Of a stretch of DNA of 64,000 bases, positions 10,252 through 19,848 are shown in pieces. How positions within the stretch are numbered: position 1 is the first letter of the stretch; each line of letters begins with the position of its first letter. A program made the translations under genes and the position numbers. The stretch comes from Candidatus Rifleibacterium amylolyticum (GTDB taxonomy: Bacteria > Muiribacteriota > Ozemobacteria > Ozemobacterales > Ozemobacteraceae), in NCBI GenBank assembly GCA_009917695.1, contig JAACJG010000004.1, positions 211,321 through 275,320 on the forward strand. Direction: 5' to 3'. The notes below the pieces were generated by a model, which saw only the letters and a list, made by a program, of their open reading frames with translations, was not told the origin of the DNA and ran no database searches.

Positions 10252-11616
10252 ATGTCTAAGAACTGGGCAAGGCTGATAGCTCTTGTAACTGTTTTCTGTA
10301 TGTTGTTCTCGGCTGAAGTGTTTGCTGGCAAGGGTTACGGAAACTCTGGCTGCCACCACAAACCGGGTTTCTTTGCCAAGATTGGCAAATGCATCAAGAA
10401 AACAACTCAGAAGGTTGCCAAGGCAGTTAAAAAAGCTGCCAAGAAGACCGGTCAGGCAATCAAGACTGCTGCCAAGAAAACTGGCCAGGCAATCAAGAAT
10501 GCTGCTGTAAAAACCGGCAAGGCTATCAAGGTAGCCGGAGCCAAGATCAACAACGCTATAAAAGATACCGGCGTCGCAATCAAGTATAAGCTGACCGGTT
10601 GCAAAAAGCGTGTGTGGGTTGTCGGTCATTATGACAAAAATGGCAAATGGATCAAGGGTCACTGGCGCAAACACGATCAGATCGTAGTTAAGCCAGGTTG
10701 GGGCAACAATCCCGGACAGGGCAACAATCCTGGTCAGGGCAACAATCCTGGTCAGGGCAATAACCCCGGACAGGGCGGCGAGCCCCTTCCTCCGATCGAT
10801 AACGAACCCGGTCAGGGCAATGAACCTGGTCAGGGCGGCGACACCGCTCCGATTCCCGAAGAACCAGCTCCGACTCCGGCTCCCGAAGAACCAGCACCAG
10901 CACCAGCTCCTGAAGATCCGGTTCTCCCAGAACTTCCTGAAGACGGCGACACTGGCGTGCCCGGTGATTCTTCTGAAGCCTCTCCCGAAGCACCAGCTCC
11001 TGAAACCCCGGCTCCTGAAACTCCGGCCCCAGAAGATCCGGTTCTTCCTGAACTTCCTGGTGATGAACAGCCTGGCGATGAAGCCGAAGGCAACCCCAGC
11101 GATGAACAGCCTGGTCAGGAGCAGCCCGGTCAGGAACAGCCCGGCGAAGAAGCTGGTCAGTCAGGTCAGGCCGGTCAGGGCGAACAGTCAGAAGAATCTG
11201 AACAGGCTGGTCAGAGCGAACAGGCTGAAATCTCTCTCAGAACCATGGGTATGCTGATGAATGATCTGGTAAGACAGTCTGGCGAGATCACCGAATTCAG
11301 AAGAGCTGCCAATCCTGAAATGAGTTACTCAGTGAATGTCGCTGAAGGCCTCAACAACACCTATGACCTGCGCGAAGCCAATGCCAGCCTCCTGGTAAAA
11401 GTTATCGCCTGGGATCTCAATCGCAACAACGGTGAAACTGGTGAATACTTCTCATTCTTCACCTACAAGATGAGTTCTTACGATGCTGACAGCCGCAGAC
11501 TGATCAAAGACGTTATCGATCGCGTGAAAGAAAGCGTGAAACATGGCGCCGGTCACGTAACTGAAGACAAAAAGTCGGCATACGAGAAGAGACTTGGCGA
11601 AATCGACGGATTCTAA
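10252..11616 (+). CDS. Secreted multi-repeat low-complexity protein
   Basis: Signal peptide; Lys/Ala 11-mer repeats (KKTGQAIKxAA); WxxGHW-type motifs; NNPGQG x4; Pro/Glu-rich tract; helical C-terminus. Confidence 0.8.
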   Translation: MSKNWARLIALVTVFCMLFSAEVFAGKGYGNSGCHHKPGFFAKIGKCIKKTTQKVAKAVKKAAKKTGQAIKTAAKKTGQAIKNAAVKTGKAIKVAGAKINNAIKDTGVAIKYKLTGCKKRVWVVGHYDKNGKWIKGHWRKHDQIVVKPGWGNNPGQGNNPGQGNNPGQGNNPGQGGEPLPPIDNEPGQGNEPGQGGDTAPIPEEPAPTPAPEEPAPAPAPEDPVLPELPEDGDTGVPGDSSEASPEAPAPETPAPETPAPEDPVLPELPGDEQPGDEAEGNPSDEQPGQEQPGQEQPGEEAGQSGQAGQGEQSEESEQAGQSEQAEISLRTMGMLMNDLVRQSGEITEFRRAANPEMSYSVNVAEGLNNTYDLREANASLLVKVIAWDLNRNNGETGEYFSFFTYKMSSYDADSRRLIKDVIDRVKESVKHGAGHVTEDKKSAYEKRLGEIDGF

Positions 11617-11627
11617 ATCCCGACAGC

Positions 11628-11657
11628 AAAAACCGCCTCGCAAGAGGCGGTTTTTTT
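11628..11657 (+). terminator. Rho-independent terminator
   Basis: AAAAACCGCCTC-GCAA-GAGGCGGTTTTTTT. Confidence 0.9.
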
Positions 11658-11708
11658 ATGCAAAAAAAACGTTGCTTTGCGTCTGCCTGAGCTCTAGAAT
11701 AAGACGGC

Positions 11709-13274
11709 ATGAATAGTCAAACTACAAATAAACTCAGCTTGAGCCAGCTGTTCCTGGCAGCTTCGATTCTGTCGGTTATAATTACCGTTCTCTGGCTTAT
11801 GTACCCTAATCCGAATCGGCACTACCATCTTGTGCTGACGGGCATGAGCAAGGGGCGCATTCGCCCGTTCAAGGCGAAGTTCAAACCTTACCAGGGCAAA
11901 CGCATGGGTGGAGCTGCTGGTGTTGCAGCTGTGGTCAAAGAAGCCGTGAAGTCTTTCGAAGGCAGTCCTTATAACCTTTTCTCGATTGGCAGCGAAATCT
12001 CTGGTACGGCTGATGCCTATTTCACCCGTGGTGCCGCGATAATCAAGATCATGAATGCCATGGGCATCGAAGCCATGCTGGTCGGTAATATAGAGTTCAC
12101 CTATGGCCAGCGCCGATTGGCTGAGCTTGCCGAGCAGGCGGAGTTCAAATTCGTCAGCTCAAATGTTTCAGAGGTTGTCAGCGAAAGAGTTCCTGATTAC
12201 CTTTCTCCTGGGCTTTTCTTCAATCCAGGTGGTGGTCTTAAGATTGGCGTTATCGGGTTGACGCCGCCTACCACTCCCACTTTGACTGCCCGCAGTAATA
12301 TCGAGGGGCTTGACTTTGGCGATCCCGGAGAGTCTCTGCGTTTGCAGGTCGAAGCCATGCGCAAATCAGGCGCTGATCTCGTTGTTCTGTTGACTCTATA
12401 TAACCGCGATCGCATAAGAGCAGAAGAGTGGCGGCCGATAGCCTCGGCTGCGCCTGATATCTGTGTTATGGTTGATTTTGATATAGATGCGCCGCCGGCA
12501 GTTCGCCGTGACGGCATTGTCATCAAAACTGTCAGCGGTTACAATCAGTCAAAAGAAGTAGACGTGCTCGACCTTGAGATAACTCCACCGCCAGTTCGCA
12601 TAGTTTCATGGAAGGGCCGTCGTCTGGCTGTCAATCATGCCGAGATCACCCCTGATCCTGACGTTGCAAGAGTAGTTGATGCCGTCACCCGTGAGAATCG
12701 TGAAGCGCGCGATCGCTACATTGGTGAATTTGCTGGTGATTACCAGCATCAATGGGATCGCGAGTGCCCGATCGGCAACATGATAACCGACGCGATGCTG
12801 GCAGAGAGCGGTTGTGATATAGCATTCCATAACAGCGGCGGCATTCAGAACAATATTCAGGCCGGCGATTTTTCGGTCGGCGATCTTTTCAGTATGATGC
12901 CTTTCGATAATCAGATGGTGACGATGCAGCTTACCGGAAGCGAGATCGAAGAGCTTCTGCGCATTTCAGCCAGTTTACAGCGTGGTCTTTTACAGGTTGC
13001 CGGCGCCAGTTATGAATTTTCTCTGCGCCCCGAAGGCAATGTACTTGATTCGTTCATGATTGGTGGTGCGCCGGTAGACCCGGATCGAACTTACTCAGTC
13101 TGTACCAACAACTTTCTGGCTGACGGCGGCGACAATTTTACGCCTTTCCGCAAGGGTCGACAAGTTCAGTATGGCCGCCAGCAGCGTGATGTCGTCAGTG
13201 AGTATGTAGCCCGGAACAGTGCCGATGCTCCGCTCCGCCTTTCCACCGATGGCCGAATCGTCAGGCACGATTGA
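11709..13274 (+). CDS. Membrane-anchored 5'-nucleotidase (UshA/CD73) family homolog with a degenerate metal-binding site
   Basis: 5'-nucleotidase C-domain motifs (GNMITDAM, NSGGI, PFDN, FLADGGD) present; metallophosphatase motifs replaced (GNIEF for GNHEF and others). Confidence 0.85.
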   Translation: MNSQTTNKLSLSQLFLAASILSVIITVLWLMYPNPNRHYHLVLTGMSKGRIRPFKAKFKPYQGKRMGGAAGVAAVVKEAVKSFEGSPYNLFSIGSEISGTADAYFTRGAAIIKIMNAMGIEAMLVGNIEFTYGQRRLAELAEQAEFKFVSSNVSEVVSERVPDYLSPGLFFNPGGGLKIGVIGLTPPTTPTLTARSNIEGLDFGDPGESLRLQVEAMRKSGADLVVLLTLYNRDRIRAEEWRPIASAAPDICVMVDFDIDAPPAVRRDGIVIKTVSGYNQSKEVDVLDLEITPPPVRIVSWKGRRLAVNHAEITPDPDVARVVDAVTRENREARDRYIGEFAGDYQHQWDRECPIGNMITDAMLAESGCDIAFHNSGGIQNNIQAGDFSVGDLFSMMPFDNQMVTMQLTGSEIEELLRISASLQRGLLQVAGASYEFSLRPEGNVLDSFMIGGAPVDPDRTYSVCTNNFLADGGDNFTPFRKGRQVQYGRQQRDVVSEYVARNSADAPLRLSTDGRIVRHD

Positions 13275-13360
13275 TCAGCAGGTAAAACTTCTGGCATTTT
13301 TGCCGGTTGAATTGCCGGTTAAGATTGTCTTTAGCTCGACATCATGGTAGAATCGCAAAC

Positions 13361-14956
13361 ATGTTTGACATATCATGGATAAATCCCGGCGGCAGCGGTA
13401 TCAGCAAAGAATCGCTGCAACGTGAGAACAGCATGCTCAAGCGGCAGATTCAGGAGTTGCTTACTCTTGATGAGACCGGGTTTTTTATCGAACTCGATTC
13501 TTTGCTCAAGGCGATACTGAAAAAGGCACTGGTGCTTTGTAAGGCTGAGTCTTCGTTCTTCTCGCTGGCGGGTAAAGACCCTTCTGACCTTGATGTTCGC
13601 ATCAGTAACGTAATTCTCGAAGAAAAGATGGAAAAAATCCGTCAGCAGTTCAAGGCGGAATACCCGCGTTGGCAGGAGTCAGAGGCCGAAATGCTGACTG
13701 TCGAGGACTTCATTCTGCTGCCACTGGTGCGCCGACATCGCATGCTCGGGGTTATCGGATTGAAACTCACTTCCGATGCGCCTGACAATATTTGTGAAAT
13801 TTTGCCAATTCTGGCGGCTCAGGCAGCGGCCTCTCTTGAAAGCGCCATTCTTTACGAGCGCATGTTCAAGCGTCTGCTGGTATTGAGTAATGTTTTTATT
13901 CTCGGTAAAGAGATCGTATCAAACATTGAGCTGCAGCCGCTTGTAGAGAAATTTCTGTCAATAGCCTGCGATGGTACTGACAGCGATATCGCCTGCATTT
14001 TTCTGCTGCACGAAAAAGACGAGCGCCCTTATTACAGTTATCTCAAGGCGACTGATACGGCTCTCAAATTCGCCGAAAGCTGCCCTGATGGCTATACACA
14101 GATCATTCAAAGCGTGCGCGCAGAAGAGAAGCATTATATTCTCAACGACCTTGCAGCAAGTGACTTCGGTCATAGTGAAGTCGGAAAAGTCGCCGGCATC
14201 ACTCTCAAAGACACTCTGGTATTGCCGCTCAAACCTCGCGATCGTCTGCTGGGCGTTATTCAGGTCGCCAACAAGCGCGGAAATTTTTCTTATCGCCCGG
14301 AAGACCTGGATTTATTGAAGATTCTCGGCAGCCAGGTGGCTTTTGTCATACAGAACGCCGATCTCTTTAAGAACCTGCAACGTGCTTATATCGACACTCT
14401 TTCGGCGTTGACCAGCGCTATCGATGCCAAAGACAGCTATACACGCGGCCACTCAGAACGCGTTACTGAGCTTTCTATCAAACTGGCCGAGTATTTTGGT
14501 GTAGCGCCCGAGGAGGTCGAGAAGATCAAGCTCGGTGGTTTGCTGCATGACATCGGTAAAATCGGCATTCATGAGGGTATTCTCAACAAGCCCGGCCGGC
14601 TTGACGACGAAGAATTTGAAGTGATCAAGTCACACCCTGACCTGGGTGTGCGCATCATGGGCAAGGTTGAGTTTCTCGAATCGATCGTGCCGATCATCCG
14701 TTATCATCACGAACGCTATGACGGAAAAGGCTACCCGGAAGGATTGAGTGGCGAAAAGATTCCGTTGCTTGCCCGCATAGTCAGTGTTGTCGATACTTTT
14801 GACGCCATGACCACTGACCGCCCTTATCGCAAGGCAATGAGTATCGATGCGGCTCTTGCCGAAATCGAGCGTTGTGCCGGCTCGCAGTTTGACCCTGAAA
14901 TAGCAGCGCATTTCGTTCGCATGATCAAAAGCGAAGGTGGACCTGCCAAGTCATGA
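13361..14956 (+). CDS. GAF-domain HD-GYP phosphodiesterase (likely c-di-GMP)
   Basis: TRGHSERV, LLHDIGKIG, HHERYDGKGYP, D..DAMT..RPY intact; GAF motif LLGVIQVANK plus a probable second N-terminal GAF. Confidence 0.92.
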   Translation: MFDISWINPGGSGISKESLQRENSMLKRQIQELLTLDETGFFIELDSLLKAILKKALVLCKAESSFFSLAGKDPSDLDVRISNVILEEKMEKIRQQFKAEYPRWQESEAEMLTVEDFILLPLVRRHRMLGVIGLKLTSDAPDNICEILPILAAQAAASLESAILYERMFKRLLVLSNVFILGKEIVSNIELQPLVEKFLSIACDGTDSDIACIFLLHEKDERPYYSYLKATDTALKFAESCPDGYTQIIQSVRAEEKHYILNDLAASDFGHSEVGKVAGITLKDTLVLPLKPRDRLLGVIQVANKRGNFSYRPEDLDLLKILGSQVAFVIQNADLFKNLQRAYIDTLSALTSAIDAKDSYTRGHSERVTELSIKLAEYFGVAPEEVEKIKLGGLLHDIGKIGIHEGILNKPGRLDDEEFEVIKSHPDLGVRIMGKVEFLESIVPIIRYHHERYDGKGYPEGLSGEKIPLLARIVSVVDTFDAMTTDRPYRKAMSIDAALAEIERCAGSQFDPEIAAHFVRMIKSEGGPAKS

Positions 14957-17511
14957 AATTTTTGCGCGATTCCAGGTTCCCTGAACGCATACTGATAATG
15001 ATAACTGTGCTTGCTATAAGCAGTTTTGCTTATTATTTCACGGTTGCAGAGGTCGAAGAGGTTGAATCGCGCTTTGATAACCGGCGGGTAATGCTGGTTA
15101 AAATGCTGGCGCGCGAGGTGATTGATCTTCTTGACCGTCGTCTCGATTTGTCGCCGCGCCTGTCGAATCTTCTGGCGGAAGAGGCTATCGCCTATGCCGC
15201 GGTTCAACAGGCTGACGGCGCCCTGCTGGCCCGCGCCGAAAACTATTCGATGCCGGTCGGTGTTCTAGAAAAAATCGAAGAGGAAGCTCTCAAGACTCCG
15301 CATCTTAAGCTGGTGCCGTTCAAAGACACTTCGCGAACAGCTTCTTTGATAGAGGCCGCAATACCTCTGGTTACAGCCAACGGCAAGAAGGTGGTTTTGC
15401 GGGTTGGTTTCTTCAGAGATGCTGAAGAACAGCGAGTTTCTCAGATAAGCTTTCGTAATACCCTGTTGTTCTCGCTCATACTGCTTGGCCTGGCTGCTTA
15501 CTGGTTCGTTCGCAAGCACCATGCTTCAAACCTTCAGCACACGCTTCTCGGTGGCGCAGCTCTGCTGATACTTTTGCTTTTCATGGCTTCGCGGGTAACT
15601 CTGCACAGCTGGTATGAGCAAAACTGGCGTGAATCGTTTCTCAGGCACGCTCTCTATGTTTCCAAGATGCTTGTGCCATCAGCGCTGCGTTTCATTGACA
15701 CCGGAGAAGACAAAGATCTGCGTGAATCCAGTCGCATAGTTGCCTCTGACGACGTATTTGCCTCAATTTCACTGATTCGTGATGAGCATGTGGTGTTTCA
15801 TTCTGACCCGACGAAAATTGGTGGCACTGCTGCTGAAGACCAGAATTATCTGAAAAGTCTCAATTCAGACCAGCCCGTCATTTTCAGGCTCGATGAGCAG
15901 GATATGTTTGAAGCCATGATTCCGGTGTTGAATGGGCGTTTGCGGGTTGGCACACTCAAGGTGAGTTTGCGCAGCAGCAATCGCTACGAACCTCTGGCGA
16001 TGATTCGCGACCGTCTTGCCCTGCTGTTTTTGCTGGCGCTGGTGTTGATGATGTTTTTGATGAATCTGATTTCACGCCGCATCTCTAAAGAAATTTCCTG
16101 GTTCATTCAGGCAATGGAGCAGGCAACAGCCGGAGATTTGCGTCAGAACATCTATATTGAACGCAATGACGAATTTGGCCAGCTGGCGCACGCCTTCAAT
16201 TTCATGATCATGAGCATGAAGGAGAGAGATCTGGTTGGCAAGGGCCTGCAACAGTATGTCAGTCGCAGCATTGTCGAAAGAACTCTCAAGGCACTTTCCG
16301 GTAACGAAAAAAATGGTGAAAAGTTATTCGCAGTATCGCTGTTTCTTTACTTCAGTGGTATCGACGAGTCTATCTCAAGGGTCGAAGGAAGCCGCATCTT
16401 TTCCGGGGTTCAGGAATGTTATGCGATTCTGCGGCGTATCGTACAGCCAGGGCAGAATGTCAGTATGCAACTCTTCCCTTCCGGGGTCCTCGTGCTCTTT
16501 ACTTTCCCCAGTCGCCATGATTCTTTGCTTAAAGCGCTTAATGCCGCCCGACTCGCTGCCCGTGACCTTGGCCGCCGCCAGGATCTTCCCTTTTCGCCCA
16601 AGCTTACCATGCATGCCATGGATATGGTACGCGGCCAGGCCGGTGATAAAGATGAAAACACCACGTTGATCGGCGATGGCTTTGGCGATTTCAGAACCCT
16701 GGCTCGAGTCCAGGACAGCGATGAAGTGCTGGCAAGTCTTGAGATCGATATTCTGCTCAAAGACGTGATTAATTTTGACGAACTCGAAGTTCTCTCGACC
16801 GAACAGGGGCGCATGAATGCCTATGTAGTCGGCAGTTTCAAAGAACTGCCAGAACTCGTCAGCATTTTCCCTGCTGCCACCTCCTGGACCAAAATCATGA
16901 TATTGCGCATTCTCAAGGCTTCGACCGAACAGGTTTCGCCCGAGACTCTGTTTGAGTGGTTCAAAGATGCTGATGCCGACGTGCGTTATCATGTAATGGA
17001 CGTAATCGAACGCGTTTCGCCCGACCGGGTGCGCAGTTTTGTTGAGAATGCGGTTAATACCGAGAATGATTCGAAGGTTCTGTCGAGAGCTATCGCAGTA
17101 TTGGGTAAGGTTGGCAACGAGAGTCACATTGCTGTTCTTACCGAAAAGTTGCGCTCTGAAGATCGTCGAGTAAAGGCCAATGCTGTTGAAGCTCTCGAAG
17201 CAATCGGCGGCAAAAGAGTTTACGAATTTCTCAATCTGCTGGTAGATGAACAGGACAACCGGGTAAAAGCGAACATTCTTATTGCCCTCGGGAAATATGG
17301 CGATCTCAAGGTTTTTGAGCTGCTGTCACGCATGATCAAAGACCCTGAGAACACCATGCGTGCATCGGCAGCCTACGCGCTTGGTCGACTTGGCATGGCG
17401 CAAGGGGTGGAACCGCTTGTCGGCGCCCTTTCAGACAAGGATCCGATGGTGCGCAGACAGGTCGTCGCCTCTTTAACAGCTTTGAAGGCCGATCTTGACA
17501 TAGAAGTATAA
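14953..17511 (+). CDS. Membrane protein: two sensor-like domains, HAMP, degenerate class III nucleotidyl cyclase, HEAT repeats
   Basis: Four TM segments; HAMP (GDL...RNDEFGQLAHAFNFM); cyclase-like region lacking catalytic residues; HEAT/PBS repeats (DRRVKANAVEAL, DNRVKANILIAL). Confidence 0.8.
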   Translation: MKFLRDSRFPERILIMITVLAISSFAYYFTVAEVEEVESRFDNRRVMLVKMLAREVIDLLDRRLDLSPRLSNLLAEEAIAYAAVQQADGALLARAENYSMPVGVLEKIEEEALKTPHLKLVPFKDTSRTASLIEAAIPLVTANGKKVVLRVGFFRDAEEQRVSQISFRNTLLFSLILLGLAAYWFVRKHHASNLQHTLLGGAALLILLLFMASRVTLHSWYEQNWRESFLRHALYVSKMLVPSALRFIDTGEDKDLRESSRIVASDDVFASISLIRDEHVVFHSDPTKIGGTAAEDQNYLKSLNSDQPVIFRLDEQDMFEAMIPVLNGRLRVGTLKVSLRSSNRYEPLAMIRDRLALLFLLALVLMMFLMNLISRRISKEISWFIQAMEQATAGDLRQNIYIERNDEFGQLAHAFNFMIMSMKERDLVGKGLQQYVSRSIVERTLKALSGNEKNGEKLFAVSLFLYFSGIDESISRVEGSRIFSGVQECYAILRRIVQPGQNVSMQLFPSGVLVLFTFPSRHDSLLKALNAARLAARDLGRRQDLPFSPKLTMHAMDMVRGQAGDKDENTTLIGDGFGDFRTLARVQDSDEVLASLEIDILLKDVINFDELEVLSTEQGRMNAYVVGSFKELPELVSIFPAATSWTKIMILRILKASTEQVSPETLFEWFKDADADVRYHVMDVIERVSPDRVRSFVENAVNTENDSKVLSRAIAVLGKVGNESHIAVLTEKLRSEDRRVKANAVEALEAIGGKRVYEFLNLLVDEQDNRVKANILIALGKYGDLKVFELLSRMIKDPENTMRASAAYALGRLGMAQGVEPLVGALSDKDPMVRRQVVASLTALKADLDIEV

Positions 17512-17592
17512 ATTCGCCGTCTGGCCGATGTGCCGGTCGAACAAGGTTCGCAGGACGCAAAGCCTGCGCCTGACTAGAGAAGGAGTCATGCC

Positions 17593-18882
17593 ATGGATTT
17601 TCAGGAAGCCTATGCAAAAGGAAGCGAAGCTCTCAAGGAAAACCGTCTTGAAGATGCGAGAAATCTTCTGGAGACAGCTCTGAAACTCAAGCCGAACGAC
17701 ATCTATACCATGAACAAGCTGGCCATGGTTCTCAAAGAACAGGGCGATTTTAACGGCGCTGAAGCGTTGCTGTCCGGATGCCTGGAAGTGAAGAAAGAGG
17801 ATCTGTATACCAACTATCTGCTCGGTAATACTTATCTGGAGCAGGGCGACATCGACAAGGCCATCGAAACGCTTGAAAAAACCGTTAAGATGAATCCTTC
17901 CGATCGTTATGCCGTTAATTCACTCGCTCTTGCTTATCGCATGAAGCGTGATTATGAAAAGTGCATCGAAATTCTTGAAAAGACGCTGCAGAGCAATCCG
18001 AACGACATGTATAACAAGGTCAGTCTTGCTACGGTCATGTTCGAGATTGGCGATACTGCCGCCGCTGTGCGTCTTTCCAAAGAGATTCTCAAGCGCGAGG
18101 CAAACAATGTTTCGGCGATGATTCTGCTGGGACGCATCGCAATTGAAGAGGGGTCATACGTTACCGCTCAAGGTCACCTCAATCAGGTGCTGGCAATTGA
18201 CGCCAAAAACAGCGAAGCGCACTATTATATCGGACGTATCTGCCTCGAAACCTCAACTGTTGAAGCGGCGCGCGAACATTTCAGCGCAGCCCTGCAGTAT
18301 GATGCCGACAAGGTTTCGATTCTCAAGAACCTGGGCATGATCTATCTTGATAAAGGCATGTACAGCGAAGCCGAAGAGCAGTTTGCCATGGCGGTAAATC
18401 TGAGCCCCGACGATGCTTTTGTTCTTAGTAACATGGGTAAGCTGCTGGTGCTGCAGGGGCGCCTGGATGATGGCATAATCTATCTGCGCAAAGCGGTAGA
18501 GGCTCAACCAGACTATGCTTTCGCTTACTATAACCTTGGCAAGGCTTATCAGGAAAAGCGCGATTTCCCCAATGCCATTTACAATCTTATGTTTGCCCTC
18601 AATTTTGAGCCTGACGACGTCTATGCCATCAACGTTCTTGGCCGCATGTTTCTCGATGTTGGCCTCAACGACCGTGCTTTGCGCACATTCGACCAGGTGC
18701 TGAGTGAATTTGACGAGAACGATCGATTTGCCATGCTCGGGAAGGCTGATGCGCTCGAGGCAATGGGCCAGCCGGTTCGTGCTAAAGAGGTTCTCGTGCA
18801 GCTTAAAAAGATTGCCGGCGACGACAAACTGCTCATCGAAAAGATCGAGGGGCGCATTACCCGTATCAATAAAAAGGGATGA
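17593..18882 (+). CDS. Cytoplasmic all-TPR protein
   Basis: 34-aa TPR periodicity along the whole length (e.g. YYNLGKAYQEKRDFPNAI). Confidence 0.9.
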   Translation: MDFQEAYAKGSEALKENRLEDARNLLETALKLKPNDIYTMNKLAMVLKEQGDFNGAEALLSGCLEVKKEDLYTNYLLGNTYLEQGDIDKAIETLEKTVKMNPSDRYAVNSLALAYRMKRDYEKCIEILEKTLQSNPNDMYNKVSLATVMFEIGDTAAAVRLSKEILKREANNVSAMILLGRIAIEEGSYVTAQGHLNQVLAIDAKNSEAHYYIGRICLETSTVEAAREHFSAALQYDADKVSILKNLGMIYLDKGMYSEAEEQFAMAVNLSPDDAFVLSNMGKLLVLQGRLDDGIIYLRKAVEAQPDYAFAYYNLGKAYQEKRDFPNAIYNLMFALNFEPDDVYAINVLGRMFLDVGLNDRALRTFDQVLSEFDENDRFAMLGKADALEAMGQPVRAKEVLVQLKKIAGDDKLLIEKIEGRITRINKKG

Positions 18883-18885
18883 TCT

Positions 18886-19785
18886 GTGCTCAAAAGATTT
18901 AACCTGACAGTTCCAACCGACTTCGAAGAACCTCTTCTTGGCCTGGCTGAAAGGCTTGGTCTATCTGCTTTTTCGAGTCCACAAATTCGCGATGCAGTTG
19001 GAAAAGGCGAGACTGATTTTGTGCTGACCGGCGAAACCGTCGTCAGCTTTATCGCTTCCACAATTGAACAGGACACTGCCGCTATAGAAAGCGAGATAGC
19101 CGCATGGTTGCAGGATTTTGGACTGTCTGCATCCTGTCTTGTCTGCGAAGAATACGCAGAGAACCAGGACTGGATGCTCGGCTTTAAAGAACATTTCAAG
19201 CCGATCTGTGTTGGCAGTTCGATTGTTATCAGGCCCCCATGGGCTGAGCCCTTGCCCGACGAAGACGATGGGATAACGATTCTCATCGATCCGGGTATGG
19301 CATTTGGAACCGGCACGCATGAGACGACGCGTCTGTGTCTGCAATTGCTTGAGCTGCTAGAAATCGGCGGCAGCTATTTTCTTGATATTGGAGCCGGCAG
19401 CGGTATTCTTGCTTTTTATATGATGAAACGTGGTGCCAATGGCGGCATCGCGGTTGAAATCGAAGGCGCGGCTGTCGAAAACATGCGCAAAAATGCGGCA
19501 CTGAACGGAATCTCTGATCGTCTGCAGATGCTCTGTTCAGATCTTGCCGACTTTTCTCCCGCTCTGCCGGCAGAGGGACTTATAGCCAACATCACCTCGC
19601 CGGTGATCATAGAATATCTGCCATTGATGTCTAAATGGGTGCGACCCGGTGCCTGGGGTGTCTTTTCCGGAGTAAATGCGACGAATGCCGCCTCTGTCAG
19701 AAAGGCGTTTGCCGAAAATGGCTGGCGCTTGAACCGCGAAATTACCGATGGAGACTGGCACGGGTTTTATCTCGAGAGAGTATGA
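18886..19785 (+). CDS. prmA: Ribosomal protein L11 methyltransferase
   Basis: IDPGMAFGTGTHETT, LDIGAGSGIL, ANI motifs. Confidence 0.92.
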   Translation: MLKRFNLTVPTDFEEPLLGLAERLGLSAFSSPQIRDAVGKGETDFVLTGETVVSFIASTIEQDTAAIESEIAAWLQDFGLSASCLVCEEYAENQDWMLGFKEHFKPICVGSSIVIRPPWAEPLPDEDDGITILIDPGMAFGTGTHETTRLCLQLLELLEIGGSYFLDIGAGSGILAFYMMKRGANGGIAVEIEGAAVENMRKNAALNGISDRLQMLCSDLADFSPALPAEGLIANITSPVIIEYLPLMSKWVRPGAWGVFSGVNATNAASVRKAFAENGWRLNREITDGDWHGFYLERV

Positions 19786-19800
19786 GCCTGCCGACATGGC

Positions 19801-19841
19801 AAAAAAAAAGGCCCGGGTCCTGAAGACCCGGGCTTTTTTTT
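19801..19841. terminator. Bidirectional rho-independent terminator
   Basis: A-run, GCCCGGGTC...GACCCGGGC, T-run, between convergent genes. Confidence 0.9.
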
Positions 19842-19848
19842 ACGTAAG

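Noticed and set aside
10705-10775. 18-bp tandem repeat
   Set aside because: Coding repeat (NNPGQG) with synonymous variation; not CRISPR or a phase-variable tract
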